The notes beneath the pieces were generated by a model. The model was not told the origin of the DNA, made no database searches, and saw nothing but the letters and a program-made list of their open reading frames with translations. DNA of 60,327 nt, the filler included, from Aduncisulcus paluster (taxonomy: Eukaryota), in the NCBI GenBank assembly GCA_024181965.1. It is 5 parts of 5 records of this genome, joined end to end, with 100 filler letters (N's around TTAATTAATTAA, not from the genome) between each part and the next. Parts side by side here need not be neighbours in the genome. Positions count along the whole stretch, not along the records: positions 52,287 to 60,327 come from BQXS01010842.1; 4 more parts are not named here. One strand, given 5' to 3'. Within the stretch, counting starts at the first letter, position 1. Each line of letters starts with the position of its first letter. Made by a program: the position numbers and the translations under genes. Shown here piece after piece: positions 56,391-60,327 of the stretch.

Positions 56391-57216
56391 ATGTTGAATG
56401 ATGAAATGAAACGTAAGCGTATGTAGATGTCTTTAAATCATGTCAGAAATTTATTTTCGTTTTTGCTAATTGTTGATCGATTTAGTTTTGAAGCTTCTAT
56501 TTGAAGAGTTTTCAGTGACCCACAGACAGCTAGTTGAGGGATTATTTAAAACTATTAACAAAAATTCCGAAAATACTTTTGAAAATCCAGTTTTAGAAAC
56601 ATATCCCGCATTGAAAGATACATATTTACAACTCGTTCACCATCCAAAGTGTTTTTCGGATATCCGTAAAGATATGAGGGCTACACCATCGAAATATAAA
56701 TTTCTTGGGCAAGTTGTGAAGGATGTTGAACTCTGCTTTTCAAATTGTGAGAAATTTAACAGATCATACACTCCCCTTATTGAACTTACAGGTAAATGTC
56801 GTTTGCTGTTCGTAAATGGACTCTTATCACATTCAAAAATACCCGTAAAGCCAGAGCACGCAAGAACGGCGGAATGTTTCCTGACAAATGAACTTTTGAT
56901 CGAACATTTTGTCCAAGAAAATCCTGTTATTCCCGACTCCATTAGAAAAGGTCATTTAGATGATAAGAGAGCGAAAACATTGGCCGTAAAACAATTATTT
57001 GCCCAAGCTAAAGATGCTGACAGGGTTGCTCTTGGGAAATATATGGCCAAACTTGCTGTAAAGTATGGCAGTTCCAAATCTGTGTCACCCCAAATTGACA
57101 TTACTCTTCCTGCCCGTGACATTGAAATTATTCTAACCGAATTAGAGAGTATTATTGCTTATGGAACGAGACAATATCCTTCAAAACCTATGAAGAGACA
57201 AGCCACTGGACTCTAA
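56391..57216 (+). CDS. Bromodomain-containing protein; spliced join(56391..56418,56486..57216)
   Basis: YLQLVHHPKCFSDI...Y......KDVELCFSNCEKFN bromodomain pattern. Intron GTATGT...GCTAAT...TTTAG restores MLNDEMKRKLLKLLF. Confidence 0.75.
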
Positions 57217-57425
57217 TCTTTATTTTTCCCGAGAGTGAACGATAGAATCCACATAATATATATAGAATTCAAATAAAAACATTTAAAAAAGCCGAAATAT
57301 AAAGATGATCCTTTCTATAATCCATCCTAATTCTTGACACTGATTTGACACAAACAAAGCTAGTTTTCGTTACTATTCTGAATTTGTTATTGAACGGTAT
57401 TATCATATATTTCTAAAAATAATCA

Positions 57426-58237
57426 ATGGGTGGTATGAATTATTATTCTTTGTTTCATTTCAACATCGATTCTATGTTTTCTGACCAATTTGTGTTTATC
57501 TTGTATGATTACGTTTATCTTCAAAAGACCGACGTGTTAAACGCCAAGAAAGTGATGTTCTGGATGCATTAACGGAAATGTTGGATACAAAAAAAGATAC
57601 AGATGTGGAACCGAAACAAAGCATTCTTGGAATTACCCCTCCTGTGAGTAAGAAAAAGGCTTTGAGAAGACCACCTTCTGTTGTTATATCACAAGGACAA
57701 AAATATTCAAAAAGATCTGAGAAAGATTTTTCATCGGGAGTTTCTAGAAAGTCTCGAAGATCATCTCAGAGAAAAAATATCAAGGAGCAGGCTCATCTTT
57801 TGCGGAGTAGTCCCGCTGAAAGTGCAGCTTTCGCCCCGAAAGTAAGTGTTGGAAGAAGTGTTTCATTTTTACATAATATTCATTCTGGAGATCTTACAAC
57901 TCCATCCCTCTGTTCTCTCTTCGATGTTAAGGGAGAATACGATCGGGAGACGCCAGGATGCTTACTCCCTTATCAACATAATTCAATTCACATTGCATTA
58001 GCCTATGATATTTATTTTTCAAATAAGGGACTCAAATTTAGAGAAGAACCTGAAGATGAGGAGGATGAAGACAAAGAAGCCAAAATTAGAGATTCAAAAC
58101 CATTTTTTAATTTTACATATAAAGCCTTATACCATGGAAAAGCAATATCACATTCAGAGGAAGAGAAATCACTTTTTTTTGTTGAACCTTCTCCGCTCCT
58201 TGATCAAATGAGGCAACGGGCGGAAAGCCTTAAATAA
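57426..58237 (+). CDS. Hypothetical protein; probable join(57426..57432,57528..58237)
   Basis: ATGGGTG|GTATGA...CTGAC...AAAAG|AC gives MGDRRVKRQESDVLDALTEM, in frame with the 57578 ORF. Confidence 0.6.
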
Positions 58238-58523
58238 ATATTTTATAGTGTATTTATATCCGTAATTTGTGTATTATTAATCGAAATATCGCCATTATCT
58301 TAATATGTAATGGAGTACTACTCATAATAGTATTATCATTGGTATAATTGTATCAAATATTATATATTACCATTAAACATAAATTATTTTACAATTTTAT
58401 ATTTATTTATTTTATGATTTCGTATTTTCGATCTGAGAAAATAGAACATACAAAAATAGATTTTCCAAGCCATCCTTCATAATCGTCCTCTTTGCGCTTT
58501 AGATCAGGAGATCTGTATAAAAA

Positions 58524-59386
58524 ATGAGGGTATGTATACTTTATATCGTTATTGATTTCTTAGATATATCAAATGTTGATTCTTTCCGCTAATTATCATC
58601 ACATCCTTTTTATTCCTTTATAGATCAATATCGCAGACAAAACGACCGGTGCCAACACATCAATTACCATTGATGACCCCAAGATTCTGTATGTTTTTGT
58701 ATTTTAGTAATATGTGAAACTCTCCTATCTTGTTTTTTAATTCTTACGTTTTTTCTTTATCTTTCTTGTTTTTCCTTTTTAAAAACTCAATAATTTGCTA
58801 TCTTAGTCACTGCTTGTTCTACAAGCGTCTCGCTACCGAGGTCCGCGGTGAGTTGCTCAGCCCTGAGTACCAAGGATACATCTTCAAGATCACTGGTGGA
58901 AACGATAAGCAAGGATTCCCCCTTATTCAAGGTGTTCAGACCGATAGACGTGTTCGTCTCCTCTTCAGGAAGGGAATGAAGTGTTTCCGTGAGCGTCGTA
59001 CTGGTCAGCTTAAGAGAAAGTCTGTCCGTGGTTGCATCACCACCCCTGAGCTCTCCGCTGTCAACCTTCTCGTCGTTAGAAAGGGTGAAAAGGAGATCGA
59101 AGGTCTCACTGATCTTATCCGTCCCAACCTTCGTGGTCCTAAGCGTGTTGGTAAGATCCGTAAGATGTTCAAGCTCACCCCCGAGGTTGATGTCCGTCAA
59201 GTTGTTATCAGCCGTTCTTTCAAGAACAAGAATGGAAAGAGAGTGACCAAGAAGCCTAAGATCCAACGTCTTATTACTCCTCGTGTTCTTGCTCACCGTA
59301 AGCGTGATCAGATGCTCCGTCAGAAGCGTCATGAGAAGGCTGTTCTTTCTGAGAAGCGTTTCCAAGAACTCATGGCTCACAAATAA
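58524..59386 (+). CDS. RPS6: 40S ribosomal protein S6 (eS6); join(58524..58529,58624..58688,58807..59386)
   Basis: GYIFKITGGNDKQGFP, KRKSVRGCI, GPKR..KIRKMF and KPKIQRLITP motifs. Two GTATGT...TAG introns give MRINIADKTTGANTSITIDDPKILHCLFYKRLATEV. Confidence 0.97.
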
Positions 59387-59484
59387 ATAATTGATTGACT
59401 TCATACACCTTTTCATTTATTGTTATTTTTTTCGGGATTTCATAATTTCTTTGCATATTAGATATTATTCGACATTCAAAACTA

Positions 59485-60327
59485 ATGGACAGATTTACTA
59501 AAAGCCAAATAGCTCAATTTGATCCGCAATATAAGGATATTTTTGAACGATTTGAGCGCCAAATATCTGATCTTACTGACGATAAAACTGAGCTTAGGAA
59601 ACAGGTATTTATGCTTAAGCAAAAGATAAAAGATATTGCCAAACATGAAGGAGTTGTCCATGATTTTATTTCTGCACTTCAAGCCGAAAGAAAATGGGTT
59701 TCAAAAGTTTTTGATGGTCTCTCGCGAACCAGTCATATATTGTCATCTCAATTATATTCCGGTAAAGCTTTATCAGTGTCAGTACATCTTCCAAAGCCAA
59801 CAAAACTTCAAGTATTATCCACTGATTTAGCAATGAGTAGTGATCCTGGTGTTCGTTATACACCTAAAGTCATTTCCCAAGTTGAAAATTATGCATCTTC
59901 TTTAAACAATCTTTTAAAATCCATTCATTCCAAGCTTTCTTCTTCAATAGAATCCTCTAAAATAGCTCATGGGAAAGCCGCTCATTCTCAGTCCAAATTA
60001 TTATATGCAACTCGTGAAATGGATAATTTAAAGAAACGTCTTCATTCTCTTCAAGAAGAGCATCGCGAAATGTGCAAAGAATATGACATTACACTCAAAC
60101 AAACTCAGGACCAGGTCCAAGCCATGACCGAGGAAATTCAAGATTTAAAGTCTGAATGTGCTCAAAAGGATCAGGAAAACCTTATTCTTAAAGCTGAATT
60201 GCAAGCCACAAAAGAATCTCTCCGCAAACAAAGGGAAATCCTTCAAGAAGAGGTTGAAATAGAAAAATCCAGGTGTGATGATGTTACCAAACAACTTCGT
60301 CAGTCTCAGCATATTCAAAAGATGTCA
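59485..60327 (+). CDS. Coiled-coil protein, runs off the window (not in ORF track)
   Basis: Manual translation MDRFTKSQIAQFDPQYKDIFERFERQISDL... is open to the window end; heptad-like E/K/Q/L-rich second half. Confidence 0.8.
   Translation, partial: MDRFTKSQIAQFDPQYKDIFERFERQISDLTDDKTELRKQVFMLKQKIKDIAKHEGVVHDFISALQAERKWVSKVFDGLSRTSHILSSQLYSGKALSVSVHLPKPTKLQVLSTDLAMSSDPGVRYTPKVISQVENYASSLNNLLKSIHSKLSSSIESSKIAHGKAAHSQSKLLYATREMDNLKKRLHSLQEEHREMCKEYDITLKQTQDQVQAMTEEIQDLKSECAQKDQENLILKAELQATKESLRKQREILQEEVEIEKSRCDDVTKQLRQSQHIQKMS

Noticed and set aside
58787-59416. 209-aa antisense ORF over RPS6
   Set aside because: Shadow of a highly biased ribosomal protein gene; no recognisable motifs

Overview
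AT-rich, gene-dense, intron-poor eukaryotic (protist) DNA. The gene style and expanded orphan families suggest a free-living metamonad such as Aduncisulcus/Carpediemonas-like Fornicata (inference only). The window is not one locus: four 100-nt N44-TTAATTAATTAA-N44 spacers join five contigs, and two 20-N gaps are flanked by duplicated sequence. Recognisable genes are an MFS transporter, a DHHC palmitoyltransferase, a split syntaxin, a prokaryote-like cupin, a multi-saposin protein, GT3 glycogen synthase, a HAD phosphatase, a bromodomain protein and spliced RPS6. More tentative calls are muskelin-like, dynein-2 LIC-like and TEX264/GyrI-like genes. The strongest candidate for something new is a >2800-aa RNF213/mysterin-like tandem AAA+ protein with no recognisable RING or RZ finger. 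The ORF track misses a >3400-codon membrane-protein ORF (10333 to <1) and a coiled-coil ORF (59485 to >60327). Five short 5'-proximal GTATG introns can be modelled. All family calls come from motif recognition by eye, not database searches. No rRNA, tRNA or CRISPR array was seen.
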